From contig DHNJ01000268.1 in the NCBI GenBank assembly GCA_002409445.1, forward strand, positions 1,039 to 52,295: 51,257 bases of DNA, written 5' to 3'. The notes under the pieces are model-generated. The model saw only the letters and a program-made list of their open reading frames with translations, had not been told where the DNA came from and did not search any database. Below are positions 1 to 8,877 of this stretch, in pieces; positions within the stretch are counted from its first letter, which is position 1, and each line of letters begins with the position of its first letter. The DNA comes from Armatimonadetes bacterium UBA5419. GTDB taxonomy: Bacteria; Armatimonadota; UBA10988. Position numbers and translations under genes: made by a program.

Positions 1-222
1 GAGGCGCAGCACCCGTGGGAATTGCGCCCGTGTGGCCAGATGGTCGTGCACCTCGATGGTTGCATGTCCGGTCTGGGCAACGGCAGCTGTGGGCCGGGTG
101 TGCGCCCGCCGTACCAGGTGCCGGCGGAGAACTTCGCCTGGACCGTGCGGCTGCGAGCCATCGACTCCGCGCAGACGAACCCCACCGACTGGGCCAACCT
201 GGCGCGCACGCGGCTCATCTAG
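1..222 (+). CDS. 3' end of a truncated CDS, probably the C-terminal small-chain domain of a GH2 beta-galactosidase
   Basis: Frame 1 is open from base 1 to TAG at 220-222. The tail ...VHLDGCMSGLGNGSCGPGVRPPYQVPAENFAWTVRLRAI... resembles the (M)G(L/V)GGDDSWG ... Y.F.F.L end of LacZ-type enzymes. The start lies outside the window. Confidence 0.45.
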   Translation, partial: EAQHPWELRPCGQMVVHLDGCMSGLGNGSCGPGVRPPYQVPAENFAWTVRLRAIDSAQTNPTDWANLARTRLI

Positions 223-282
223 CGGAGGGATCGGTCCCGGCGGCGTGAATCATGGGCTGTCTGCTCGCGGGAGCCTCAGCCC

Positions 283-2169
283 ATGACTCGCCTGGTTCTG
301 CTCTCCTTGCTCGCGGTCAGCGCCGCCTCGGCCGAGCCGCTCAACGTCCGCGACTTCGGCGCCACCGGCGACGGCGTGACCGACGACACCGCGGCGATCC
401 AAGCCGCGATGGATGCGGCCAGCGCGGCCGGCGGCGGGCTGGTCACCGTGCCCACGGGCAACTACCTCTGCGCGGGCACGCTCAACGTCCCGCCGCACGT
501 CGTGGTCGAGGGCGTCTGGCGCGCGCCGACCGCCCGCAGCCAGGGCCATGGCAGCACCCTGCTGACCACCGCCGGCCGTGGCGAACAGGACGGCACACCG
601 TTCATCTCGCTCCTGGCCAACTCGACCCTGCGCGGCCTGACCATCTTCTACCCCGAGCAGTCGGCCGACGACCCGCAGCCCTACCCCTGGTGCATCCGCG
701 GCATTGGCGACAACATGTCGCTGCTCGACCTGCTCATCGTTAACCCCTGGCAGGCGGTCGACTTCGCCACACTGCCCAGCGGCCGGCACTACATCAACGG
801 CCTCTACAGCCAGGCTATCTACCGCGGCCTGCAGGTCGACAAGTGCCTCGATGTCGGACGGGTCGAGAACGTCCACTTCTGGCCCTTCTGGGACGCGGCA
901 GGCGACGCGGTGCGCGAGATCACGCTGGAACAGGGCGTCGCCTTCAGCTTCGGGCGCACCGACTGGGAGTACGTGACCAACTGCTTTGCTATCTCCTACC
1001 AGGTCGGCTTCGAGTTCATCACCGGTCGCGAGACCGGCGGGCCGATGACGGGCCCGGGCAACGTCCTGCTGACCCAGTCGGGCTCGGACATGTGCCCGGT
1101 GGCGGTCCGTGTGGCGGAGACCCAACCTCACGCCGGAGTCTCGTTCTCCAACAGCCAGATCTTCGGCGACATCATCGTCGAACCGACCAACCGCGGCCCG
1201 GTGCGGTTCTCCTCCTGCGGCCTCTTCGGCAGCATCGACGGCGCCCGCGGGACGGCCCTGGCGCGCATCGAGGGGACCGGCCGCGTCTCCTTCGACAACT
1301 GCCACTTCTACGCGATCCACCCGGAGAACCAGGGCGCCTACCTGATCGACGCGCTGGGTGGGCGGCTCAGTGTGCAGAACTGCGAGTTCCTCAACGAGCC
1401 GGGCCACGGCGCGTACCCCGCCGCGCTCCACCGCGGTCCCGGGCTGCTCTCGTCGACTATCGTCGGCAACAGCTTCGCTAGTGCCGGCGTGGCTCGGATG
1501 CAGGTTGGCACTTGGCCCGACGACCTGCCCAACGACCACATCGTGGCCAACAACGTCTTCGACACCGCCACCAAACAGCGCTACCAGGACGTGGGCGCCC
1601 GCTGGCTGCCGGCGAGCTCCGTCGTCCGTGGCAGCGAGAAGGCGACGCTTGTGCCCAACGGCGACTTCGCGACGTCGTCGGCACCGGACGAGGCCGGCCG
1701 CGACACCGAAGCCGAGGGCTGGCACCGCGTCGGGCCGGCCTTTGTCGAGGCGCCGACGATGTGGCCCGGCATCGAGCACGCGATGGTCGCCCGGCCGGGT
1801 CTCATGCCGGACGAGCCAGTCGGCCAGTACTACCAGCCGCTCAACCTGGAGCCGGACACCGACTACATCGTGAGCGGGTACCTCTGGGCCCGTGAGGACG
1901 GCGCGGGCAGCGTGCGCGTCATGTTCGACATCCTCGGCGGCGAGCCAACCTTCGTGCCCGCCCTGCCGAGCATCCCCGGCGGCATCTTCTTCGCCCTACC
2001 CTTCAACAGCGCGGACGTCGGCGACTCGCCGCTGCTGCGCGTCTGGTACGACAACCCGCGGCGCATCACCGACACCGAACCGTGGATGGCCGCGGCCCGC
2101 TTGGCCGTGACGCGGGCGGACGAGTTCGAGATGCCACAGATCTTCCGCCCCGGCGCCTTCGGAGGCTAA
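283..2169 (+). CDS. Secreted right-handed beta-helix glycosidase (pectate-lyase-3 / GH55-GH28-related) with C-terminal CBM4_9-like jelly-roll
   Basis: Signal peptide MTRLVLLSLLAVSAASA. N-terminal signature LNVRDFGATGDGVTDDTAAIQAAMDAAS..GGGLVTVPTGNY is typical of Pectate_lyase_3 proteins. The C-terminal ~170 aa begin NGDF. Confidence 0.8.
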   Translation: MTRLVLLSLLAVSAASAEPLNVRDFGATGDGVTDDTAAIQAAMDAASAAGGGLVTVPTGNYLCAGTLNVPPHVVVEGVWRAPTARSQGHGSTLLTTAGRGEQDGTPFISLLANSTLRGLTIFYPEQSADDPQPYPWCIRGIGDNMSLLDLLIVNPWQAVDFATLPSGRHYINGLYSQAIYRGLQVDKCLDVGRVENVHFWPFWDAAGDAVREITLEQGVAFSFGRTDWEYVTNCFAISYQVGFEFITGRETGGPMTGPGNVLLTQSGSDMCPVAVRVAETQPHAGVSFSNSQIFGDIIVEPTNRGPVRFSSCGLFGSIDGARGTALARIEGTGRVSFDNCHFYAIHPENQGAYLIDALGGRLSVQNCEFLNEPGHGAYPAALHRGPGLLSSTIVGNSFASAGVARMQVGTWPDDLPNDHIVANNVFDTATKQRYQDVGARWLPASSVVRGSEKATLVPNGDFATSSAPDEAGRDTEAEGWHRVGPAFVEAPTMWPGIEHAMVARPGLMPDEPVGQYYQPLNLEPDTDYIVSGYLWAREDGAGSVRVMFDILGGEPTFVPALPSIPGGIFFALPFNSADVGDSPLLRVWYDNPRRITDTEPWMAAARLAVTRADEFEMPQIFRPGAFGG

Positions 2170-2171
2170 CC

Positions 2172-4298
2172 ATGTTCACGCTTCTCGCTTGTTTGGCCCT
2201 CGCGCCCGCCGACGGGACAGTCGCCATCGCCCGCTTCGAGCTGGTGCGCCCCGTGGCGCGCGCGAGCCGCGTCGAGGACCTGGTGGTCGAACTGCACAAC
2301 AGCGCCGACACGGACCTGCCGCTGACCCTCGCGCTGACCACGCCACCGGGCGTCGACGTTGTCCGCGGCGAGGGCCAGACGACCGTGGAGGCCTATGACA
2401 CCGCGCGGCTGTACCTCGCGGTGCGGGCGCCGGCGGAGATCGAGACGAGCGTCACCCTGTGGGTCCACGGGCCCGACGGCCTGGCGCTGAGCCAGGAGCT
2501 GCCGATCTACTGCCTCCCCGCCCTCGCGCGGACCGCCCCACCCTACATCCCGACGCCCCAGCCCGTCCGCTCCAACCTCCTCGTTGGTGCGCACCATTGC
2601 CCGCTGTGGGAGGCCGACCGGCCGGAGATGTGGAACCAGCTACTGATCCACCCCGAGCGCACGCCCGCCCTCGGCTTCTACGACGGTGCACTGCCCGAGG
2701 TGGCCGACTGGGAGACCAAGTTCGCCGTCGAGCACGGCATCGACTTCTTCATCTACTGCTGGTACCGGGTCAACCAGGGCGGGCCGGTGGAGACGCGCTG
2801 GTCGGATGCGATGCACGAGGGCCTGTTCAACTCGCGCTTCGAGAACGACCTGCGCTGGACCATCATGTGGGAGAACCAGAGCCGCGGCACCGCCGGCGTG
2901 GAGGATGAGGCGGACCTGTTCGACAACTTGCTGCCGTATTGGATCGAGACCTACTTCAGCCGCGATAGCTACCTGAAGGTCGACGGCAAGCCGGTCCTCT
3001 TCATCTACCGGCCCGAGTTCCTGGTCGACGACCTGGGCGGCGAGGCGCAGGTCGCCGCGGCGCTGGACCGGATGCGCGAGGTCTGCCGCGAGGCCGGTTT
3101 CGAGGGGCTGTACATCCTCGGTGAGTACCGCGGCCTGGACCCGGAGCACCTGGCACTGATGAGCCGCCTCGGCCTCGACTACACCTTCGCCTACGTCTGG
3201 TACGTCGGCGGCAACCCGACGCCGGAGCAAGCCATCGCGCGCCAGATGGAGTACCTGCGGACGACAGAGGACCTGGGCATCATTCCCCAGGTGGCCACCG
3301 TCTCGCAGGCCTGGTCTGGCTGGCAGGACGAAGGCACGATCTGGAAGATACCGCCCACCCACTACCGCGACCTACTGGCCCAAGCCAAGAACTTCGTCGA
3401 GGGGCTCGCGCCGGACACGTTGAGCAGCCGCATGCTGCTGCTCGACAATTGGAACGAGTGGGGCGAGGGCCACTACATCGCGCCGTACCGCGAGTATGGT
3501 TTCGGCTACCTGGACGCCGTCCGCGAGGTCATTGCCGGCAACACCGACGCCCACATCGACCACCTGCCCGAGGACGTCGGCCGGGGGCCGTACGACACCG
3601 CATACTGGCAGTGGCGCACGCGGTCGGAGGAGCAGCGGCGGCTGGGCAGCCGGCGGGTCGTTGGGCCCGGCGGCGGCGCCGACGGGCTGGTCGGCTGGTG
3701 GACCTTCGATGAGCCGCGGGACGAGCTGGTCGCCTACGACTACAGCGGTCACCGGCTCGGCGCGGCGCTGCACGAGATCGCGCGTGTGCCGGGGCTCGTC
3801 GGCAGCGCCCTCGATTGCACCGGTGGCGCCGCTGTCGTGCCGTACGCTCCGCTGCTCTCGCCGGACGCCGGCTTCAGTGTCGAGGCGTGGGTCTGGAGCG
3901 ATGTGCCGGACCAGGGCAACACCTGGTTCCTCAACCGCGTGCTGGCCGGCTCCGTGACCGGCGGCTACCGCTTCGGCCTGGTCGGAGGCAAGCCGACCTT
4001 CCAGGTGCCTGAGACCGACTGGAGCCATCATCTGACGAGCGAGGAGCCGCTCCCGCTCGGCCGCTGGGTCCACCTGGCTGGCACGTTTGACGGCCAGACG
4101 ATGCGCCTGTACGTCGACGGCACGGAGCATGGATCAATGGAGCGGCCCGGGCCGGTGAACCCCGCACCCACGCCGCTCCTTCTGGGCAACTACGACCTAG
4201 GCCACGTCGCGTGCTTCCACGGTCTGCTCGACGAGGTCAAGCTGTGGCACCGAGTGCTCACACCGGCCGAGGTGCGCGCTGCGGCGGCCGCTCACTGA
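2172..4298 (+). CDS. Secreted multidomain glycan-active protein: Ig/CARDB-like N-terminus, WbsX-like TIM-barrel domain, C-terminal LamG/concanavalin-like lectin domain
   Basis: ATG at 2172 follows GGAGG and the upstream TAA. Leader MFTLLACLALAPADG. WbsX-type motifs FFIYCWYRVNQGG and LLLDNWNEWGEGHYIAP. LamG-type end GLLDEVKLWHRVLTPAEV. The track ORF 2082 start is probably too early. Confidence 0.8.
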   Translation: MFTLLACLALAPADGTVAIARFELVRPVARASRVEDLVVELHNSADTDLPLTLALTTPPGVDVVRGEGQTTVEAYDTARLYLAVRAPAEIETSVTLWVHGPDGLALSQELPIYCLPALARTAPPYIPTPQPVRSNLLVGAHHCPLWEADRPEMWNQLLIHPERTPALGFYDGALPEVADWETKFAVEHGIDFFIYCWYRVNQGGPVETRWSDAMHEGLFNSRFENDLRWTIMWENQSRGTAGVEDEADLFDNLLPYWIETYFSRDSYLKVDGKPVLFIYRPEFLVDDLGGEAQVAAALDRMREVCREAGFEGLYILGEYRGLDPEHLALMSRLGLDYTFAYVWYVGGNPTPEQAIARQMEYLRTTEDLGIIPQVATVSQAWSGWQDEGTIWKIPPTHYRDLLAQAKNFVEGLAPDTLSSRMLLLDNWNEWGEGHYIAPYREYGFGYLDAVREVIAGNTDAHIDHLPEDVGRGPYDTAYWQWRTRSEEQRRLGSRRVVGPGGGADGLVGWWTFDEPRDELVAYDYSGHRLGAALHEIARVPGLVGSALDCTGGAAVVPYAPLLSPDAGFSVEAWVWSDVPDQGNTWFLNRVLAGSVTGGYRFGLVGGKPTFQVPETDWSHHLTSEEPLPLGRWVHLAGTFDGQTMRLYVDGTEHGSMERPGPVNPAPTPLLLGNYDLGHVACFHGLLDEVKLWHRVLTPAEVRAAAAAH

Positions 4299-6625
4299 GC
4301 TACCTCGAGTGCCAGGTCGGCGACCAGACCCTCGACCAACGCCGCGTTGAACGAGTGGATCCAGACTTCGACCTCGGCCGCGTCGTCCGGCGATGCCACG
4401 GGGAAGGCGAAGATCTGCCAGTCGCGGTCGCCGGCGGTTAGCGTGCCAACCGGCGCCTCGTTGCCCTGGGCATCCGGCTGGCCGATGCGCTCACCGGCGG
4501 CATCGTAGAACCGCACATAGACGCCGACGCCTTCGCCCGCCGTCAGTTGGCTGCGGCCGCGCAGGATGAAGTTGGTCGCCGCCGGCACGGGCGAGCGGGT
4601 GCTCGTCGCGTCCGCGCCGCCGCCGGTGCTGTCGTCGGTCAGGCGCAGCGCGCGGCCACCACCGGGCAGGTCGGCGATGGACGAGAGCGGGTTCAGCCGC
4701 CAGAACCACTCGGCGTTGGCGAAGTTGCCGTCGCGCAGGTAGTTGCCCGTCACCGCCGCATCGGGCAGCGCCACAGGGCGGACCGTTACGGTGACCGTCG
4801 CCGCGGTGACCGGGTCGTCCAGGACGATGCCCAGCCGCGTCGGCTTGATCGGCGAGTCCTCGATGATCTCGTCGAACTCGACGCTGTACGGCACACCGGC
4901 CGTGTCGATGGTCACCTCGACGACTTCGCCGAGGTAGCCGGCCTGGTACACGCCAGGGGCGGTCTCGCGGAAGGCGCCGGCGCAGACGAGCGCGGTCTCG
5001 AACGGCGTCGGCTCGCTGAAGGCGACCTCGTCCACCACGGTCAGGCTGCCGTCGCCGGCGCGGTCGTAGGCGAAGTGGCGGTCAAGCGTCTCCAGCTGCG
5101 GTACGTCGTAGCACGAACGCAGCGACATCGATAGCCGGTCGACGTCGTCGCCCAGGGCCACGTCATGCACCTCGGCCCGCGCCTGCTGGCCAGTGCGCTG
5201 GAGCTTGCCATCGACCCGCGGCACGGGGTGGCCGTACGAGTTGAGCAGGTTGCTCTCGTAGCGGCGGCCGCTGAAGGTGCGCGCGGTGTAGGTCTCGAGA
5301 CCCGGGTCGAGCAGGACGGGGCTAGAGCCGACCACCACCACGTACGAGCCGATGTCGTTGTGGTTGTGGTGTTCGTTGTTGTGGCCGCCCTTGAGCGCGA
5401 CGGCCATCTTCGTCGCCTCACCCGCGCGCGGGCGGCTGATCAGGATGCCGGCTTGGTCGAAGTAGGTATACGGCTCCATGGGCGGCGGCGTGACGTCGCC
5501 GGTGCGGTTGGAGAGGCTGTTGGGCAGCCCGTAGAGCAGCACCGTCTGCAAGCCGGTGGCGCGGACGACGGCGTCCTCCAGCCCCGCCCCATCGCCCCAG
5601 CCGAAGCGGCGGTCGAGGTAGGCGGTGGTCACCGTGTCGGCTCGCGCGTTGACCGCGCAGTCGGCGAAGGCAGGCGAGACGGTGCCCTGGATGAGGATGC
5701 CGCGCGCGAACTGCGACGGGGCGAGCGACTCAGGCCAGCCGAGCAGGTCGATCTGCCCGCCGGTGGCCTGAGCCAGGTGCTCCGCCAGCCGCACATAGTG
5801 GCCGAAGCCGTAGTTCCAGTAGCCGAGCCCCTCGGAGCAGTAGCCGTCGGCGGTGAAGCCGCGGAGGAAGGCCTTGATGCCCTCCTCGGCCTCGGCGACG
5901 AAGACCGCGCGGTCGAGCCGGTCGGTCTCGGTGATCAGCGCGGCCCCGATGCAGCCGGCGACGCAGACCGAGTTCCAGTTGTTGGTCGTCGTCATCCACC
6001 AGTTCTTGTTGCGCCGGCCCTCGATCATGTCGCGGTACGGCCCGGTGATGCGCGCGGCGACGTTGTCGCGAATGAGCTGCTGGACCTCTGGCGAGAGCTG
6101 GTCGCCCAGCACCCACAGCGTGTTGGCGAGCATCCAGCCGACATCGGACGAGCCAAGGTCGATGTCGACGGTCTCGCCGCGGAAGTTAGCGAGGCTAGCG
6201 TCGTGCGCCGGGTAGACCCAGGTCGGCTCGGCGCAGAGCGCGCGGATGGCCTCCTCGATCGGCGCGATGAAGCTGCCCTGGTGCTCCAAGGCTTCGCCGA
6301 CGACCATCGTGGAGATGCGCGAGCGGTTGCGGAAGGCCACGCGCTGCCAGTTGTTGCGGTTGCCGTTGCGGCTGTATTCGAGGAACAGCTCATCGGGCTG
6401 CGCCTCGACGCCGGTCGCGGCGATGGTGTGTGCCCGCGCTATGGCCGCCTGACCCGCCGCGCCATCGGCGATCGGCTGCCACACGGCGCGGTCCGCCGCG
6501 GGCCGGCCGGGACCCTCGGGCTGGGCGGGCAGCATATTGGCGATCTCAGCGATGCGCTCGGGGTCCGCGGTGGCGCAGGCACTGATGCTGGCGCACAACA
6601 GCATCATCAAAGCTCGATTCGTCAT
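4292..6625 (-). CDS. Heparinase II/III-family polysaccharide lyase (putative lipoprotein) with C-terminal CBM-like module
   Basis: Leader with lipobox-like ISAC. Central GGHNNEHHNHNDIGSYVVV matches the Hepar_II_III signature, and the N-terminal part looks like a helical toroid. The C-terminal ~150 aa begin DGNFANAEW. Confidence 0.8.
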   Translation of the reverse strand: MTNRALMMLLCASISACATADPERIAEIANMLPAQPEGPGRPAADRAVWQPIADGAAGQAAIARAHTIAATGVEAQPDELFLEYSRNGNRNNWQRVAFRNRSRISTMVVGEALEHQGSFIAPIEEAIRALCAEPTWVYPAHDASLANFRGETVDIDLGSSDVGWMLANTLWVLGDQLSPEVQQLIRDNVAARITGPYRDMIEGRRNKNWWMTTTNNWNSVCVAGCIGAALITETDRLDRAVFVAEAEEGIKAFLRGFTADGYCSEGLGYWNYGFGHYVRLAEHLAQATGGQIDLLGWPESLAPSQFARGILIQGTVSPAFADCAVNARADTVTTAYLDRRFGWGDGAGLEDAVVRATGLQTVLLYGLPNSLSNRTGDVTPPPMEPYTYFDQAGILISRPRAGEATKMAVALKGGHNNEHHNHNDIGSYVVVVGSSPVLLDPGLETYTARTFSGRRYESNLLNSYGHPVPRVDGKLQRTGQQARAEVHDVALGDDVDRLSMSLRSCYDVPQLETLDRHFAYDRAGDGSLTVVDEVAFSEPTPFETALVCAGAFRETAPGVYQAGYLGEVVEVTIDTAGVPYSVEFDEIIEDSPIKPTRLGIVLDDPVTAATVTVTVRPVALPDAAVTGNYLRDGNFANAEWFWRLNPLSSIADLPGGGRALRLTDDSTGGGADATSTRSPVPAATNFILRGRSQLTAGEGVGVYVRFYDAAGERIGQPDAQGNEAPVGTLTAGDRDWQIFAFPVASPDDAAEVEVWIHSFNAALVEGLVADLALEVAQ

Positions 6626-6740
6626 TCCTCGACTCCATCGAACGTTGTGTTCGGAGGACTCCGCATGAATCCTGCCAATAGCGGGTCAGTTGGCTGCGCG
6701 CGTCGAGATACCACCGCCGCGGCCGTCAGGGAGTTGTGAC

Positions 6741-8273
6741 ATGTCGCTGCCCCGCCATAGCATCCTAGGAGTGTTGTTGATGACCGGACTGAGCCTCTTG
6801 ATCACCTCTGGCGCCGCGATGGCCCAGCCCGAGACCGTTACGTGGGAGCCCGTGACCTGGCAGAAGCTGCCCCGCTGGCGCGGCTTCAACCTGCTAGAGA
6901 AGTTCCAGCAGCCGTGGTCGGGCCGCTTCCGCGAGGACGACTTCCGCATGATCCACGAGCTGGGTTTCAACTTCGTGCGGCTGCCGATGGACTACCGCTG
7001 CTGGATCGTCGATGGCGACTGGGAGCAGATCAACGAGGACGTGCTGGCGGAGATCGACGAGGCGCTGGTCTTCGGCGAGAAGTACGGCATCCACGTGATG
7101 ATGAACTTCCACCGCGCGCCGGGCTACACGGTCGCCACGCCGGCTGAAGCCAAGAGCCTCTGGACCGACGCCGACGCGCAGCGCGTCTGCCGCATGCACT
7201 GGCAGACCTTCGCCCGGCGCTACCGCGACGTGCCGGCCGAGCGGCTCAGCTTCAACCTGTTCAACGAGCCCGCCGGCGTCGATCCTGAGACCTACATCGA
7301 GGTCTGCCGGCCGATCGTCGAGGCCATCCGCGCCGAGAACCCCGACCGCGTGATCGTCAGCGACGGGCTCGGCTGGGGCCGGGAGGTGACGCTCGGGCTG
7401 CTGGAGCTCCAGGTGGCGCAGGCAACGCGCGGCTACAGCCCGATGGGCGTCTCGCACTACCAGGCCTCCTGGGTTGGCGGTGCCGACGGCTGGCCGCTGC
7501 CGGTTTGGCCGCAGCCGCTGGCCAACGGCCTGCTGGTCAACCCAACCAAACCGGACATGCCGGCGGTCGCCTACCTGCCTCTGACCATCAGCGGCGACTT
7601 CACCGGCGCGCGGGCGTTGCGCTTCAAGGTCGGTGTCGTCTCGACCCAGGCGCACCTGGTCGTGCGGGCCGACGGCCGCGAGATCTGGGCTCGCGACTAC
7701 GTCAGCGGTCCGGGTGAAGGCGAGTGGGAAGAAGAGCGCTACGTCGAACGGTACGACGTCTACCAGAACCTCTGGAACACGACGCACGAAGTCGTGCTGC
7801 CGACCGGTGCGCGGGAGGTCGAAATCCAGTGCATGGCGGGCGACTGGATCCGCCTTAGTGAGTTGGCCGTCATCGCCGAGGATGGTACGGAGAGCGCGAT
7901 CGGCTTGAACGATGGCTGGGGCGGACAGCCGGCGGTGCTGGTCTATGAGGACGGCCAGATCCGCGCCGAGAAGTACAACGACCGGCAATGGCTCTGGCAG
8001 AACGAGATCATGCCCTGGCAGGCCTGGGAAGCGGCGGGCGGCGGTGTCATGGTCGGGGAGTTCGGCGCGCACAACCGCACCCCGCACGATGTGGTCCTGC
8101 GCTGGCTGGAGGACCTGCTGCAGAACTGGCAGGAGGCCGGCTGGGGCTGGGCGATGTGGAACTTCCGCGGCTCGTTCGGGCCGTGCGACAGCGGGCGTGA
8201 CGACGTGGAGTACGAGGACTACGAAGGCCTCAAGCTGGATCGCGCGATGCTCGACCTACTGCAGCGCTACTGA
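6741..8273 (+). CDS. Secreted glycoside hydrolase family 5 (cellulase-like) with a large internal insertion
   Basis: Signal peptide MSLPRHSILGVLLMTGLSLLITSGAAMA. GH5 hallmarks FNFVRLPMDY, acid/base NLFNEP, SHY, nucleophile VMVGEFGA. ATG 6741 is preferred over the track start 6690. Confidence 0.8.
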   Translation: MSLPRHSILGVLLMTGLSLLITSGAAMAQPETVTWEPVTWQKLPRWRGFNLLEKFQQPWSGRFREDDFRMIHELGFNFVRLPMDYRCWIVDGDWEQINEDVLAEIDEALVFGEKYGIHVMMNFHRAPGYTVATPAEAKSLWTDADAQRVCRMHWQTFARRYRDVPAERLSFNLFNEPAGVDPETYIEVCRPIVEAIRAENPDRVIVSDGLGWGREVTLGLLELQVAQATRGYSPMGVSHYQASWVGGADGWPLPVWPQPLANGLLVNPTKPDMPAVAYLPLTISGDFTGARALRFKVGVVSTQAHLVVRADGREIWARDYVSGPGEGEWEEERYVERYDVYQNLWNTTHEVVLPTGAREVEIQCMAGDWIRLSELAVIAEDGTESAIGLNDGWGGQPAVLVYEDGQIRAEKYNDRQWLWQNEIMPWQAWEAAGGGVMVGEFGAHNRTPHDVVLRWLEDLLQNWQEAGWGWAMWNFRGSFGPCDSGRDDVEYEDYEGLKLDRAMLDLLQRY

Positions 8274-8530
8274 CCTGGGCCAAACGGCATCACCTGGCGG
8301 TCGGCGTCGCTCGGCGGAATACGTCGCGCGTCGGTCAGCGGCCAGTGACGCAGGAAGCCGAAGCCGACCAGGCTGATCACGATCCAAGCCTGCAGCAGGA
8401 GCACCGACCAGCGCTGGGTCTCGGTCGACCCGGCGAGCGACCCCGTCGCCAGCCACAGGCCGAGGGCCAGCGCGGGCAGGTACGGCACGAAGTCCAGGGC
8501 GGTCCTGGTGTGTCGAAACTGTTGTCTCAT
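8267..8530 (-). CDS. Small two-TM membrane protein, unknown function (last gene of the coupled operon)
   Basis: 87 aa with two hydrophobic helices (FVPYLPALALGLWLATGSLAG; LLLQAWIVISLVGFGFL). Its ATG overlaps the upstream TGA (ATGA at 8527-8530). Confidence 0.5.
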   Translation of the reverse strand: MRQQFRHTRTALDFVPYLPALALGLWLATGSLAGSTETQRWSVLLLQAWIVISLVGFGFLRHWPLTDARRIPPSDADRQVMPFGPGQ

Positions 8531-8877
8531 TGGTGCGGCTCCCCAAACCCGCGCCGCCGGGCCGATCGTTCGTCAGCATCGATCAGGTCGTCGCGGGCTT
8601 TGATCTTGCGCAGCATGATGCTCGCGCCCATGGCGAACAGCACACCGACGGCCGCGCCGATGACCAGAAACGGCAGACTGCCCATCAACCCGCCACAGAA
8701 CGCGGCGCCAAAGATCAGCATCCCCATGCTGACCATGAACGCCGATAGACAGCTGGTCCGCATCTGGCGGCGGCTGTTGAGCTGCCAGGAGGCCTCGCCG
8801 CAGCGCGGGCAGTACTGAGCCGAGGTCTCCATTTCCGAACCACATTGTGCGCACGTGGATCGATGGGCCAAACTCAC
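8527..8877 (-). CDS. Zinc-ribbon plus two-TM membrane protein
   Basis: GTG at 8877 is preceded by TAAGGAGG (revcomp of 8881-8890) and overlaps the lgt-like TGA (GTGA). N-terminal CAQCGSEMETSAQYCPRCG is a CxxC..CxxC zinc ribbon, followed by two TM helices. The long N-terminal extension of track ORF 8527..9405 is rejected. Confidence 0.6.
   Translation of the reverse strand: MSLAHRSTCAQCGSEMETSAQYCPRCGEASWQLNSRRQMRTSCLSAFMVSMGMLIFGAAFCGGLMGSLPFLVIGAAVGVLFAMGASIMLRKIKARDDLIDADERSARRRGFGEPHQ

Noticed and set aside
250-1779. 509-aa ORF antisense to the beta-helix glycosidase gene. Similar long antisense or off-frame ORFs occur at 5165..6739(+), 6894..8087(-), 12030..13223(+), 13549..14625(+), 19820..21919(+), 23872..25275(-), 34567..35427(+) and 50468..51193(-).
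   Set aside because: Their Arg/Ala/Gly/Pro-dominated translations have no family motifs. Each lies opposite or out of frame to a gene with clear conserved motifs, which is typical of stop-codon-poor frames in very GC-rich DNA.
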